A stretch of 64,000 bases of DNA from a virus (IMGVR_UViG_3300017788_000010), one strand, 5' to 3'; positions 44,460-55,070 are shown, numbered from the stretch's first letter. The notes: generated from the sequence alone by a model not told the origin. Program-made: numbers and translations.

Positions 44460-45215
44460 ATGCGTGTCGAACCGGGCGCGCGTATCCCTCGCTCGGTGAC
44501 CCTGAACATGGACACCGGCATGACGCTGCTGTCAGCGGAGGTGCGTGATCAGATTCTGCGGCTTCCTGACAATCTCTATGATGGCGAGGCGACGATGATC
44601 ATCTCTGGTGACATCGCCAGGGATGGGGTCTCCCCTACCCGCGCCATCGGCTTCGAACGTCGCTTCAACGGCTCGGCCCGCGTCGACTGGGCAGTCGACT
44701 GGGCATGGCGCGTTCCCTCCAAGTGGGTACACAACGAAAAGCGTCGCTCGCCGGACGCGTTCGTTGGCGCCCTGGTTTTCCTGGAAACCGACGGGGACAA
44801 GGACGCCAGCGAGATCGAACGCTGGACACACCTGGAGATCACCAGTGTGACGAGCCACGCCGTGGCGGCTCGTCGGTCGTTTGTGGTGCACGTCGGGCGG
44901 TTCATCTACGAGCCCCAAGAGCTCGCGGACTACTACCGGAAGGTGTACTCGCAGGTCTTGTTCGGCAGCAAGAGCGTCACGAGCAACCGGGTCAAGGGGC
45001 GCTACACCGCGCTTCTGAACACCTTCACCGCGGACAACGTCGCGCGGCTGTGCGAGGGGGTCGACTTCGTCAACTACGCTGCGGACGCCGAGCCCGGCGA
45101 ACCCGTGGCAGACGCCGGCGAAGGCGAGGGCGAACCAGAGCAGGTGGACGAGGTGGCTGTGGCCGCCGTCCAGCCGCGCGCGGCGCAAGGCTTCCGGGCC
45201 TCTAACCCCACGTAG
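44460..45215 (+). CDS. Hypothetical protein in a GC-rich island (251 aa from Met 50 of the track ORF)
   Basis: First ATG after the stop of the upstream gene. About 65% GC. Acidic Pro/Glu-rich C-terminus. Confidence 0.45.
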   Translation: MRVEPGARIPRSVTLNMDTGMTLLSAEVRDQILRLPDNLYDGEATMIISGDIARDGVSPTRAIGFERRFNGSARVDWAVDWAWRVPSKWVHNEKRRSPDAFVGALVFLETDGDKDASEIERWTHLEITSVTSHAVAARRSFVVHVGRFIYEPQELADYYRKVYSQVLFGSKSVTSNRVKGRYTALLNTFTADNVARLCEGVDFVNYAADAEPGEPVADAGEGEGEPEQVDEVAVAAVQPRAAQGFRASNPT

Positions 45216-45223
45216 CGACTACA

Positions 45224-45262
45224 AGCAGTATGTGGGGGAAACCCCACGTACTGCTTTTTTAC
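45224..45262 (+). terminator. Bidirectional rho-independent terminator
   Basis: Hairpin AGCAGTATGTGGGG-gaaa-CCCCACGTACTGCT followed by TTTTTT, between convergent genes. Confidence 0.7.
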
Positions 45263-45531
45263 TCCACCAGTATCTCTGTTCCAATTATTTTAATAGACTT
45301 AATACCACGGCCTGTGCCGGGCCATGTTATGGACTTCTCGTTATAAAGCTGGTCCTTATCCACGCTTATAAAAAGTCCCGTGTCTGTTAAACAAAGAATT
45401 CCGCCCGTTGTTCCTACTGTTCCAGGTAAAACAAACACCATGCCTGGTTTGGCTTCCAACAGCCACCTACTAGGCCACTCTCTTATCATTCGAACAGTAT
45501 CAAACATTAAGGGCGGTTTCAGGAACATCAT
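45259..45531 (-). CDS. Hypothetical protein (90 aa)
   Basis: ORF coupled to the metallophosphoesterase gene. Confidence 0.45.
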   Translation of the reverse strand: MMFLKPPLMFDTVRMIREWPSRWLLEAKPGMVFVLPGTVGTTGGILCLTDTGLFISVDKDQLYNEKSITWPGTGRGIKSIKIIGTEILVE

Positions 45532-46259
45532 GTTTTATAAACGTCGTTACCCATGATCTCATATAAAGACGGAACAATTATGCCGTTAGTGTATCTAGTT
45601 AAACTACTGAACCCGACCTGCCAGTCAGCGTAACTAGTCATCTCATATCCAGGGTCCAGAAGACTTAAAGTACCCGTCTCTACTCCGAATAGACGCTCAT
45701 TAGCAGCGGTTCTGCGATGAACTATAGCTAGCCGGTGAATATGTCCGACCACACAGCTGGCCATGTAGCGATCCATCCACTTAGTTACAGTTGTTCCGGC
45801 TTTGGAGCCCATGAGCCCGTCACCGTGAACTAGATAACAGTTTCCAAAAATAAACCCGGACGGGGCCAGGGTTATCTTGAACTTCTCTAGTTGCAGCGCT
45901 TCTCCTAAGCTAAAACGTTTAGAACCATCAAGTTCAGGAGCGTGGTCGCGGAGATACTTATTCCAGCGAATCTCGTGATTCCCTAGAACAAACATTATTC
46001 TGGCTTTTGGGGCGGCGTCGCGTACCTCAGAGAGGAATTCCGCAAACCCATCTAGTTCCTCATCTATTCCCTGGCGGCGCTTGGGATCACGCGAGTACCG
46101 CGAGATAGCGTAGAAATCAATAGCATCGCCGTTGATGTTAACAACCTGAGGCCGCTCGTGTTTAATATACTCCAGAGCTACTTTGGTAGCTGCTTTATTG
46201 TGATAAGGAACATGTATATCTGATATGGTAAAGAGACGGTCTTTAACCTTCTGCATCAC
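45528..46259 (-). CDS. Calcineurin-like metallophosphoesterase
   Basis: Motifs DIHVP ... NGDAID ... VLGNHE ... YLVHGD. Confidence 0.7.
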   Translation of the reverse strand: MMQKVKDRLFTISDIHVPYHNKAATKVALEYIKHERPQVVNINGDAIDFYAISRYSRDPKRRQGIDEELDGFAEFLSEVRDAAPKARIMFVLGNHEIRWNKYLRDHAPELDGSKRFSLGEALQLEKFKITLAPSGFIFGNCYLVHGDGLMGSKAGTTVTKWMDRYMASCVVGHIHRLAIVHRRTAANERLFGVETGTLSLLDPGYEMTSYADWQVGFSSLTRYTNGIIVPSLYEIMGNDVYKT

Positions 46260-46969
46260 AAATTCTCAGCAATCCTATCTGTTAGGCTTCGTCTTATTTT
46301 GTAGACCTGATCGGTCGATAGACCGGTCTTCTTAGACAGGTCTACTACTGAATGTATAATCGGTTTTCCGTGCGCACCTAGAGAATAATCGTAAATTTGT
46401 CTTTCAGTGGGCGAGAGAGATGAATACAGCAGCTCCGCCGTCTCGTGCATTCTAGATGTGAGCTGCGTGGCCTTACCCTGGTCCTCATAATCCATAGACG
46501 ACAGATCACGCTGCTTCAAGGCCTGCTCCATAGAGAAGACGTCGTTTCGGCTCCAGCCGAGCTCGTCCGATATCTCAGATACAGTAGGGGCCCTTCCGTA
46601 CTGAGCCTGTAGAAGAGACCGTACGCTCATAAAGTGCCGCATTCTGAGAAACTTGTTCTCAGGAACACGAGCTATGTTCTTATTGGAGTTTACGTATCTA
46701 TTCAGCCCTCTAAGCGTGTGTTCTAGATAAGTTCTGAAGGAGGCGCCGGATGCCGGCGAGTACTTCTCTAACGCCAGCAGAAACAGGTTGAACGCCTCGC
46801 CCTCTACAGCAGCTCCCGGTACCGGGGCTTTTCTGTAGTTATAAACCTTCACGTCTATAAGATCCTTATTCATACGAATTAGATCGTTTAGCGCTATCTT
46901 GTCTCCGGCCTGTGCTCTACGTACTAGGCCAGCTTCGGTGTTGTCAGCTATTTTTCTTAGAATGTTCAT
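46256..46969 (-). CDS. Sigma-70 family RNA polymerase sigma factor (phage-encoded)
   Basis: Region 2-like FRTYLEHTLRGLNRYV and region 4 HTH LSPTERQIYDY ... LSKKTGLSTDQVYKIRRSL. Confidence 0.75.
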   Translation of the reverse strand: MNILRKIADNTEAGLVRRAQAGDKIALNDLIRMNKDLIDVKVYNYRKAPVPGAAVEGEAFNLFLLALEKYSPASGASFRTYLEHTLRGLNRYVNSNKNIARVPENKFLRMRHFMSVRSLLQAQYGRAPTVSEISDELGWSRNDVFSMEQALKQRDLSSMDYEDQGKATQLTSRMHETAELLYSSLSPTERQIYDYSLGAHGKPIIHSVVDLSKKTGLSTDQVYKIRRSLTDRIAENL

Positions 46970-49437
46970 CGCCCATCATATCCTAGTTTAGTGTAGTGTT
47001 TTTGAGTGTAGCGCTCCACAACCGACTGTCGTTCCGAGGTTCGTAGGAACTTACCAAAGCTATCAGAGCGTACGCGCTCTATACCAACGTCGGGCACTTC
47101 CCCGGCAAGAGCGCCTTCATCGACTAACTTACTAAATATAGTGTCATCCCAGGCGCTTTTTGTGACAGGCCGCAAAACCGTATAGCCAGGGAACTCTTCT
47201 TTTAGCGCCTCGGCTGATAGAAACTGCTCTAATGTCGTGCCCTCTCTTTTCAAAAAAGAGTTCTCTGCCCACTCCCCTGGATTCATAATATTGTTTCTAC
47301 CAAGATCATCCCAGCTTAAGGTCTTTTTGCCCTGTCTCTCGCCATAAAAAGGAAAGACCTCGTTTATAACAAGAAGACCTTTTATGTAGCTGAGAAACAG
47401 CCGCAGTCTACGAAGCTCTGTAGCGTCCTCAAGCTCATCATCTATAGTCAAAAATACTGGAGAAATCTCTCTAGCATACTCAGAGGTATAAAAAGAGACA
47501 CACCCAAATAGAGTTTTGTACAAATTATCAAGAGAGCTGAGCTCTAGTAGCTCTTTGTTAAAGAACGCCGGCGGGACCGGTACGTCTAGCTCCACAGATA
47601 GGTCGTCAGCCACACCGTCACTTACCTGCCCAAGCTCTTCCGATAGTTTCTTTATCTCCCCACGCAAAGATATTACAATAGGGTCGTTTTCCGGATCTAC
47701 TGGAGTTACCGTACCGCCATCAAAAAAGCGGGGCGGAGTCTGAAGGTCTGGGTTATTACCTAACCGCGCAGCTAGCTCCTTTCGCTTAGTGAGTACTTCG
47801 GCATTCTTAGTAGATACGCCAGCTAGACGATCCTTAATCGTGTTTATAAACTTAGCATCTATCCTAGGCACCGGACGAAGCTTGTCTATAGAGACATTAG
47901 TAGTTTCAAGACCAGTAACCGCCACAGATGTGTTAACCGATACTATGTGGCATATGTACGAAACAGTCTTGTCAAAAATAATAGCTGGCCAACCCGGAAT
48001 GAGCCAACGATTACCAGACAAAGACAGGGTCCCCTGTGTACCAGAAAACTGAGACAGCTGAAACAGATAGTGCGCTAAAGCGGTTGTCTCTTTTTTATAG
48101 CTAGTGTTATTGAGCTCAGTCACTAGATCCTGTACAATAGGTCGTCTAGTAGTGTCTGCTCCAGGAGGAACGCGGCTAAGAGAATTAGCCAAAGCCCTAT
48201 TCTCTAAAGTAGAGGTGCCTATATAAGACAACATACCACGTTCTAATTCGTAAGGATTAAAGTAGCTTAGTAGGTTCTTACCTTCTGCTATGTATACCGA
48301 AGAAGGGTCGGCCTTTCTAACATCGACAGCTGGTATAAGAAGACCTACTAAATCCTGAGTAGTGGTCCCTGCTGGCTTATTAGCCAGAATAGAGGCTGGC
48401 GCCATAACAGACAGCATATCCAACCCACCAAAAACAGCGTAAGGATCCTTCAAAAAGTACCGCGTCGGTTCTACCAAGTAATCCCTAGACAAGCTGGCGG
48501 CTGCTACCTGATCAGGAAAAATGAAATTACACGGAGGGGGTAGCGCAAAGAAAGTATCGGGCTGTATACAGAGATCGTTGCGCGGAGACCGTCTAGGGAA
48601 CCCTTTCACACCAGGCTCGGTTACCAATATAGGGCTATCATAACGCCCGGGGGTTACTTTAGTAGGCGGTGTGTATGGAAAAGGAACGTGGACCGTTTTA
48701 TGGAAAACATAGCCCTGCAGCCGTTCTATAATATCAGACACACTGCTAGTTTCAGATATGTCATTAGCGAGATCGCCCATAATCTCTTTGTAAGACTCTA
48801 TCTGAATCAACTTTCCATAGAGATCGTCATCCACACCCACTATTTTATCTAATAGCCTTAGCCGCACACAGGTCTGTCTCAAAAGCGCATTGTGCGCTGC
48901 TAGGTAACCAATAGCGTTCTTTATCATCTCAGCCGCAGGCTGGTTATTCTTAACGAGCCTATCCTGCATAAGTGATAGGCGGAACAGGTTGTTACCCTGC
49001 CCTGCCAAGCTAAGCGCGCTGTCAGAAGCGAACACAGGCAGCAAGTTAGACCCACTCAAAACCGATCCGTAAAGCATGCTGCCTATCCCAATAGAAAAGG
49101 CTTTATAGTCACGGAACACCTGCATGATACCGGAGCCGGTTATAGAGATGTTTCTACCTGTCGGTTGCTTGGTATACTGATACCCGGAATACAGGCCTTC
49201 CCAGTACAGGCGATAGGTTCGTTCCTCTGGCGTATCTTTCTTTACATAGAAGTCACGGGCCCATATGTGGATGAGCGCGCCAGGGCGGAAAGACATTATC
49301 AGCGCGTCCGGCTCCAACAATATGTTGGCCTGGCTAATCTGTCCCTCAGAGAAAGACACGGATAGGCCTAGATGTGGTATCTCTACGCCATCTAAAAAAA
49401 CACGCCAATCAGAATACTTAAACTCTATCTTATCCAT
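46966..49437 (-). CDS. Large virion structural protein (823 aa)
   Basis: Long ORF at the head of the leftward structural operon, coupled to the sigma factor gene. Confidence 0.6.
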   Translation of the reverse strand: MDKIEFKYSDWRVFLDGVEIPHLGLSVSFSEGQISQANILLEPDALIMSFRPGALIHIWARDFYVKKDTPEERTYRLYWEGLYSGYQYTKQPTGRNISITGSGIMQVFRDYKAFSIGIGSMLYGSVLSGSNLLPVFASDSALSLAGQGNNLFRLSLMQDRLVKNNQPAAEMIKNAIGYLAAHNALLRQTCVRLRLLDKIVGVDDDLYGKLIQIESYKEIMGDLANDISETSSVSDIIERLQGYVFHKTVHVPFPYTPPTKVTPGRYDSPILVTEPGVKGFPRRSPRNDLCIQPDTFFALPPPCNFIFPDQVAAASLSRDYLVEPTRYFLKDPYAVFGGLDMLSVMAPASILANKPAGTTTQDLVGLLIPAVDVRKADPSSVYIAEGKNLLSYFNPYELERGMLSYIGTSTLENRALANSLSRVPPGADTTRRPIVQDLVTELNNTSYKKETTALAHYLFQLSQFSGTQGTLSLSGNRWLIPGWPAIIFDKTVSYICHIVSVNTSVAVTGLETTNVSIDKLRPVPRIDAKFINTIKDRLAGVSTKNAEVLTKRKELAARLGNNPDLQTPPRFFDGGTVTPVDPENDPIVISLRGEIKKLSEELGQVSDGVADDLSVELDVPVPPAFFNKELLELSSLDNLYKTLFGCVSFYTSEYAREISPVFLTIDDELEDATELRRLRLFLSYIKGLLVINEVFPFYGERQGKKTLSWDDLGRNNIMNPGEWAENSFLKREGTTLEQFLSAEALKEEFPGYTVLRPVTKSAWDDTIFSKLVDEGALAGEVPDVGIERVRSDSFGKFLRTSERQSVVERYTQKHYTKLGYDGR

Positions 49438-50077
49438 TAGCCGATTCAGCCAAAACTACGTAAAGAAGAAACGAAAGATCGTAAGTATGCGGTTCTAGAC
49501 TACTATGCGTGCGGTTATTCTGTAGCACTGCTCCATAAAGAACACGATCTGTGTAGGTAAGTTTGACTATCCTTCGAAGTCTGGCGCATTCAGACAGGCG
49601 GGCATGCGTGTCGTAGAAGATCTTCCAATTAGCCAGTCCTTTACCGTTCCAGCCGTTTATAGAATTGTTCAGTCTGGTATCTAGAAGCTTGGCGCTTACG
49701 TTAAAGAGCTGATGCTCTCTTCCAAAAAAATAAGCTTTGTTTAAGCCAGAGCTCGTAGTTATCAACTGAGACCGCTCTCTAGTGGACTCGATAATACTCT
49801 GTACTATGAACTCGTCATATTTAGCCACTGGAGTGGGTATGATAGCTCCAGAAGCGTCTAGATCATGCACAGTCATAACAGAGCGCTTGTCGTCAAACAG
49901 AGGTATGGCGGACTGTCCGTACGAGCCCTTTGTTTTATAGTAAAACGTTTGTGGTAAAAACAAAGCTCTGTTATCAGAGTCCGGCGTATCTACCGTATCC
50001 TGACCAGACAGCTGTCCTACTTTAGTAGTCAAGGACACGGTTCTAGGGGTGTTTAGGGCGGCGACTGTTCGTCTCAT
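49430..50077 (-). CDS. Hypothetical structural-module protein (215 aa)
   Basis: ORF coupled to its neighbours. Confidence 0.55.
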   Translation of the reverse strand: MRRTVAALNTPRTVSLTTKVGQLSGQDTVDTPDSDNRALFLPQTFYYKTKGSYGQSAIPLFDDKRSVMTVHDLDASGAIIPTPVAKYDEFIVQSIIESTRERSQLITTSSGLNKAYFFGREHQLFNVSAKLLDTRLNNSINGWNGKGLANWKIFYDTHARLSECARLRRIVKLTYTDRVLYGAVLQNNRTHSSLEPHTYDLSFLLYVVLAESANG

Positions 50078-50652
50078 ACTACTCTCTCATCATAGACAAA
50101 CATGGAAAAGGTGGCGGCTACGTCAACTAGCTCATTAGAAGACAATGGAACGTCTAAAGACAGCAAGACTCCTCGTACTAGTCTGTTTTTGTAAGACAGC
50201 TGAACATAGTACTCTTCCGTCTGTGGCGTAACCGCGGACGTACCTCGCCCATATGTTTGATACGCTTTTATCAGCTCACTTCTGGTATCGCCGTTTCCTT
50301 TATTCATCAAAAGCCTAACCTGGTATATGTAGACTTTCGGCTGTGTACCAAAAGACGAAAATACCACAGGGACACCAAAAGTGTATATCGGATCTGCTTT
50401 CTCTGACTCTGATTCGTTTACATCAGTCAATATCAGATCGCTCGTACTGAACACGGGCCTGGAGTATCCTCCTTTAGTATTAGTAACGTAGAAAGTGAGT
50501 GTGGCGAACGCGTCGTTGTATTCTCCAATGAATGAGGCGCCCCGACTATTGCCCAAATCTCCTACAATCCGTCTGGTAATCAGATCCTCTGAAGGCTGCG
50601 TTACCGATACGGGAGCTCTACGAATAAATAGGAGGTCTGTTGTTCGTCTCAT
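50074..50652 (-). CDS. Hypothetical structural-module protein (192 aa)
   Basis: ORF coupled to its neighbours. Confidence 0.55.
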   Translation of the reverse strand: MRRTTDLLFIRRAPVSVTQPSEDLITRRIVGDLGNSRGASFIGEYNDAFATLTFYVTNTKGGYSRPVFSTSDLILTDVNESESEKADPIYTFGVPVVFSSFGTQPKVYIYQVRLLMNKGNGDTRSELIKAYQTYGRGTSAVTPQTEEYYVQLSYKNRLVRGVLLSLDVPLSSNELVDVAATFSMFVYDERVV

Positions 50653-53132
50653 CTTCCGTTAAAGATATCAGTTAACTGACGTACGGCATCCGTACCTAAA
50701 CTAGCTATGGCGACATTAGATGCCGCAGTTGCCGTGTTGTTAGTAGCAGTTGTTCTCATTGTCTCTATAGCAGTAAAAAGAATACGTCTCTCGTCGGCAC
50801 TGAACTTCATAGAGCCTTGCAATCCCTTTTTGTTCTGCACAATGTTTCTGGCTTCTTCTGCACTGAAGCCCATATTGTCTCTAGAAGAAGCGGCCATTAT
50901 ATTCTTGATCAAATCATCTTCTGAAACAATACCCTCTTCTTTTAACGCCGCTAAATAACCACCAAAATTCTGATCTTTAAAAACAATATCAGGTAGACCG
51001 GCTGTTATGCTAGTGAACAAAGAAGCCCCACGCTTAGTGCTAATTCCTCCGCGCCGATCCTGCCACTCTCGATTACCCTCAGCTACGCTCGTATCAAACC
51101 AATTATCCCGAGACCTGGTGAGCTTCACCAGCTCCTCAGCCTCAACATACTTGGCGTAATTGTCTCGCTCCTCTGGTGTAAAAAACTGAGACAGCAGGTC
51201 TTTATTTCTCAATCCTAGGCGATCCGCTGCTTTGCCTAAAGCCACACCAACCCCGGATATTCTACCGGCCTCTCTATCCGAGGTGCCTAATACATCCGTA
51301 AAAACGGCCTGTTCTTTAAGCCTGAGCTGGTCATCTCCTCCAGCAATAAGGTATTCAGAGTTTGTAAAGTCGCCTGTGCCTGCGTTTATTAATGTGGTGT
51401 CGCTGTATCGTCTAAAAGAGTCGCGTATACCCCCTACTCCGGAAGCTAGCCCAAGACCAGACATACCTTCTTGGAGCAGTAAAGCAGTCTCCGCAGTCAG
51501 CCCGCTGAGTCCGACTAAGCCGCCGACGCCTGCTAAAGTCTGTTCTCTGCGTCTAACCATCTCAGCAGCTCGAACAAAATCCACACCCATTGCTTTAGAG
51601 AAGGCGCGTATTTTCATTGTTCTACGATCTCTGTCGTTAAAGCTGGCTCCAACAGTGTCGGAAATTCCCTGAGCATGCCTGTAGGCGACGGCCTCGGCTC
51701 GATCTTCCATAGTCATTCTAGTATTGGGATCCTCTAAGGCCTGTAGGTACGCGAAGGGTGTTCTTGAGTACGCAGCGCCTACATCGGATAAGGTATCGCC
51801 TAATCGGCCGCTCATCCAACCTGTTCCAGACACGGCGGCTACACCTAAGGAAGAGCCTAAAGGACCTCTAGAGAACTGTCGGCCAAGTTCCTGTCGTTGA
51901 GCCTGATAAGCAAGTGCCGCTTCGGTGGCGTTGGATCCACCAAATCGGAACAGCTCTGCCATACCAGCCTCGCCTTGAGACGTTAGGCGCTCTCTTATAG
52001 CATTGGCTAGCCCGTATTGTCTATTAGCGAAGGCCTGTCCTGTGCCGTAATCTCCAGAACGACCAACGGACCAGAGGCGCATAAGAACCTGAGCACGTTG
52101 ATCTGCTGATAGATTGTCGTTTACAAGAGAGGCCCCTGCGCTCATCCCAAGGGCGCCTATCTGCCGGTTGTTTAGGCCCATCCCCATGCCTTCGCGACGA
52201 AGACGGGTAGCCTCTTCTAGATTCACCTTAAGCGTATCAGATAGCCTATCTAATGAGGCTCTAACTTTTTCAAAAATTGCAGTGGCAGACTGTCCCTTAC
52301 TAGATACAAGACTCCTACGGCTGTCAGAATTCAGCGCCAGCTCATCCATAAAAGCCGTCTGCATGAACGCCTGATCATCAGAAGTCAGGCTATAACCTCT
52401 TATGAAATTAGCCGCCTCTATACCGGCCATTACTCGGTCGGTAGCGGTCTGTACGGTGGTGCTTCGTAGTTGCGCTCCTATGCCGTCAGATCTAATGTCG
52501 CCACCAAGCCCTAACGAGGTCGCAGACAACGTGGATGTCAGGTTACGCGCAAAGTCGCCACGCTGACCTATAAAGCGCATACCTAGGCGAGAGCTTAGAT
52601 AATCGGGCGTGATGCCAGAAACAAAGCCTCTGCCGAAGTCACCGAACCGTTGCTGCAATTCCTCTCTAGCTGTCTCGGCTACCTGTGAAACAGACGCGCC
52701 ATATTGACGGGCGTAGCCCGGCATGAAAAAGCCGCCAGACGCTTGGTTGATAAGCCTGGCTACGCCAGCATCCGCCAGCAAACCGCCAAAGTTCTGTGTA
52801 TAGGCCCCCGACGCGGTATAGCCTACGTTACGATTAAATATCCCGGCCGTTCCTGGAATAGCTCCAGGAAGTGAGGCGAACGTAGAGTAAGCCATCTGAC
52901 GTAACAGAGATTGCTGAGATATATTCTTGAGGCTGTTCTCTTGAATAGTTCTCAACATATCCTGCTGCATTCGCTGCATCTTAAGCTGCGAATCAACTAA
53001 AGCGGCCGCCTGCATCTCACGGACGCGTGCGGCCATATCAACAGATGAATTAGAAAGCTGGAACGCCTGAACAGCGTCTAGTCTTGTCTTTAGAACATCC
53101 GTGCTGAAAGTACTGCTATAGGGATCATTCAT
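50649..53132 (-). CDS. Large virion protein (827 aa), possible tape-measure or internal-body protein
   Basis: Long G/A/S/Q-rich ORF with predicted helical segments inside the structural operon. Confidence 0.55.
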   Translation of the reverse strand: MNDPYSSTFSTDVLKTRLDAVQAFQLSNSSVDMAARVREMQAAALVDSQLKMQRMQQDMLRTIQENSLKNISQQSLLRQMAYSTFASLPGAIPGTAGIFNRNVGYTASGAYTQNFGGLLADAGVARLINQASGGFFMPGYARQYGASVSQVAETAREELQQRFGDFGRGFVSGITPDYLSSRLGMRFIGQRGDFARNLTSTLSATSLGLGGDIRSDGIGAQLRSTTVQTATDRVMAGIEAANFIRGYSLTSDDQAFMQTAFMDELALNSDSRRSLVSSKGQSATAIFEKVRASLDRLSDTLKVNLEEATRLRREGMGMGLNNRQIGALGMSAGASLVNDNLSADQRAQVLMRLWSVGRSGDYGTGQAFANRQYGLANAIRERLTSQGEAGMAELFRFGGSNATEAALAYQAQRQELGRQFSRGPLGSSLGVAAVSGTGWMSGRLGDTLSDVGAAYSRTPFAYLQALEDPNTRMTMEDRAEAVAYRHAQGISDTVGASFNDRDRRTMKIRAFSKAMGVDFVRAAEMVRRREQTLAGVGGLVGLSGLTAETALLLQEGMSGLGLASGVGGIRDSFRRYSDTTLINAGTGDFTNSEYLIAGGDDQLRLKEQAVFTDVLGTSDREAGRISGVGVALGKAADRLGLRNKDLLSQFFTPEERDNYAKYVEAEELVKLTRSRDNWFDTSVAEGNREWQDRRGGISTKRGASLFTSITAGLPDIVFKDQNFGGYLAALKEEGIVSEDDLIKNIMAASSRDNMGFSAEEARNIVQNKKGLQGSMKFSADERRILFTAIETMRTTATNNTATAASNVAIASLGTDAVRQLTDIFNGR

Positions 53133-53140
53133 GATACTAC

Positions 53141-53464
53141 TTAAGTATCATCACCCGGCTCTCTTTCAAAAGTTGTTATCATCTCAGTTCCTTGTAGATC
53201 GTACACGGCGGCCTCTATAAACATATCCAGTATTCGAGGTTCCATAATTTGGATACCAAAATGAGCTATGCTCTCTACATAGCGCCGAATAGCGGCCTCT
53301 TTCTTATCTACAGAGGGCAACTTCCGTAGTGTCATTTCCTCTGTATGGCGGTTAGTTTGTTCTACAAAAGACACCGCATCCTGGGCCAGGGAACGTAACA
53401 GATGATAATTCGCCAGCTTCTCGGCGTATGAGATGGTCGGCTTACTTGAGGTACGTCTGAACAT
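53141..53464 (-). CDS. Hypothetical protein (107 aa)
   Basis: ORF in the structural operon. Confidence 0.5.
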   Translation of the reverse strand: MFRRTSSKPTISYAEKLANYHLLRSLAQDAVSFVEQTNRHTEEMTLRKLPSVDKKEAAIRRYVESIAHFGIQIMEPRILDMFIEAAVYDLQGTEMITTFEREPGDDT

Positions 53465-54026
53465 AGGTCAGTGCTTTCAGTGTGTTTGCGTGAATGGTCG
53501 GATCTAGATCGGCAACTATAAAGGGATCTGATTCAATCAGATGCTTAGTTAACGCGGCGTAGCTAGCCTTACTAGCTAGATCAACGCTAGCCGTTATATC
53601 GGCAACTACGGGCGGATTACTGATATCGTTTATGATCTGTTCAGATAACAAAAAAGCCCCGCGATCCTCCTGATAGGGAATAGATGTGGAGCTGGCTACG
53701 GTAAGATCTTCTGTATACTCAGTCTCTATGCCGGCAGAGTTTAGTATCTGCCTAAAAATCTCGTTAGATGAGGCGGCCAGCAGCTGCTCTAAAAAATCAT
53801 CCTCAGCCAGCGGTGAAAAGCCGCTATCTACCGCCTTTTTAACATAACTACCATAGGCAGCTAAAGCCTGCTCCTCAGATAAAGCCGGTTGTGTAGGTAA
53901 AAAGGCCGCTCTATCCACCCTAAGATCGCGTGTGCCTTGCTGTACTACAGCAACCGTCTCTTCTAATAGGCGAGTAGTAAAAGACACGTCTGTGACTAAA
54001 CTGTTGCTTTGTATATCATTTAGCAT
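53442..54026 (-). CDS. Hypothetical protein (194 aa)
   Basis: Start set at Met 10, which has SD GGAGAT 5 nt upstream. Confidence 0.5.
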   Translation of the reverse strand: MLNDIQSNSLVTDVSFTTRLLEETVAVVQQGTRDLRVDRAAFLPTQPALSEEQALAAYGSYVKKAVDSGFSPLAEDDFLEQLLAASSNEIFRQILNSAGIETEYTEDLTVASSTSIPYQEDRGAFLLSEQIINDISNPPVVADITASVDLASKASYAALTKHLIESDPFIVADLDPTIHANTLKALTYVQTYLK

Positions 54027-54249
54027 CTTTGATCTCCAGAACCAGTCTACCACCGCCGGTGACCATGTTATAGGACTTACTCTGCATATCCATGAGCGCC
54101 GCCACCTGTCTAGCCGTGGCGTCTCGTTTATTAGAAATATAATCCGTAAAGTACTCTATTCTTAGGCGATCGATCATTTCTTTGGCCTTCTCTCCGTCCT
54201 TGGCCAACAAGTACACTATGTTAGATTGCTCTACATAGCGCATAGTCAT
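54016..54249 (-). CDS. Hypothetical protein (77 aa)
   Basis: ORF in the structural operon. Confidence 0.4.
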   Translation of the reverse strand: MTMRYVEQSNIVYLLAKDGEKAKEMIDRLRIEYFTDYISNKRDATARQVAALMDMQSKSYNMVTGGGRLVLEIKDAK

Positions 54250-54356
54250 CTGGCGCCTATAGTACTCTACAAAATCAAGCTGCTCTAGCTCGTCGTAGTC
54301 ACGAATGTCTGCCCCGCTATTTATTAGGGCCTCTACCCTAAAAAAAGCTAGCGGGG

Positions 54357-54959
54357 TTAGGTAGGGTTTTTGAGGTTCTCTACTAGAGCCAAGTTCTTAG
54401 CCACATTAAGGTCATTAAACAACCCAAATAGGAACAAAAACAACGACTCATCTAGGTTCTCTACTATGTCAATAGCGGCCTTTACCTGCTCGTCTTGTTC
54501 CCAAGTACTTAACGTATCAGGAGTTAGTTTGACAGACGGGAACGACCGTGTATCTAGCTTCTCTATAGCAAGCGTAAGCACATACGTTCTATATCTGGGA
54601 TCGGCCGCACCCGTGCCGTCAACAGAGCCGGCTAACGGGGCTAAAGCCAAGCGTTCCCGTGTCTTCAAGCTACGCATAGTCACAGACATGTTTCCTATGC
54701 TAAAAACACAGGTAACCTTTCCTGTAAGCAGGTGGGTTTTGTCCTGTACTTGATCATATATCTTAGAAAACCGGGTTTTAAAATCAGAATAGCTGAGCTC
54801 GCCGTAGATAGTAGGTACTGTTTCAGGTAGTTGCTTATTTACAGCCTCTGATATACCAGCATTCTGCTGCTCACGCTCCTCTATTACAGAGGGTTGTCTA
54901 GGTGTGGCTGCTGAAGCGGCCTTAGTCAATACGTCCTTTGCGCTATTTAGCGGGGTCAT
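54357..54959 (-). CDS. Hypothetical virion protein (200 aa)
   Basis: Start set at Met 29, which has SD AGGAGAG 7 nt upstream. First gene after the divergent promoter region. Confidence 0.55.
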   Translation of the reverse strand: MTPLNSAKDVLTKAASAATPRQPSVIEEREQQNAGISEAVNKQLPETVPTIYGELSYSDFKTRFSKIYDQVQDKTHLLTGKVTCVFSIGNMSVTMRSLKTRERLALAPLAGSVDGTGAADPRYRTYVLTLAIEKLDTRSFPSVKLTPDTLSTWEQDEQVKAAIDIVENLDESLFLFLFGLFNDLNVAKNLALVENLKNPT

Positions 54960-55070
54960 TAATAGCTCTCCTATAGCTAGTGCCTTATAAGTGTAGCACC
55001 GGATAGGCCCTAAAAGGTAAAAAAACCATAAAAACACACCCATTAAATAGGGATCAAATACAGACCAAAA

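Noticed and set aside
54250-54356. Hairpin CTACCCTAA...TTAGGTAGG in the gap between minus-strand genes as a terminator
   Set aside because: The stem is imperfect and no U-tract follows on the transcribed (minus) strand. It may be an attenuator, but the evidence is weak.
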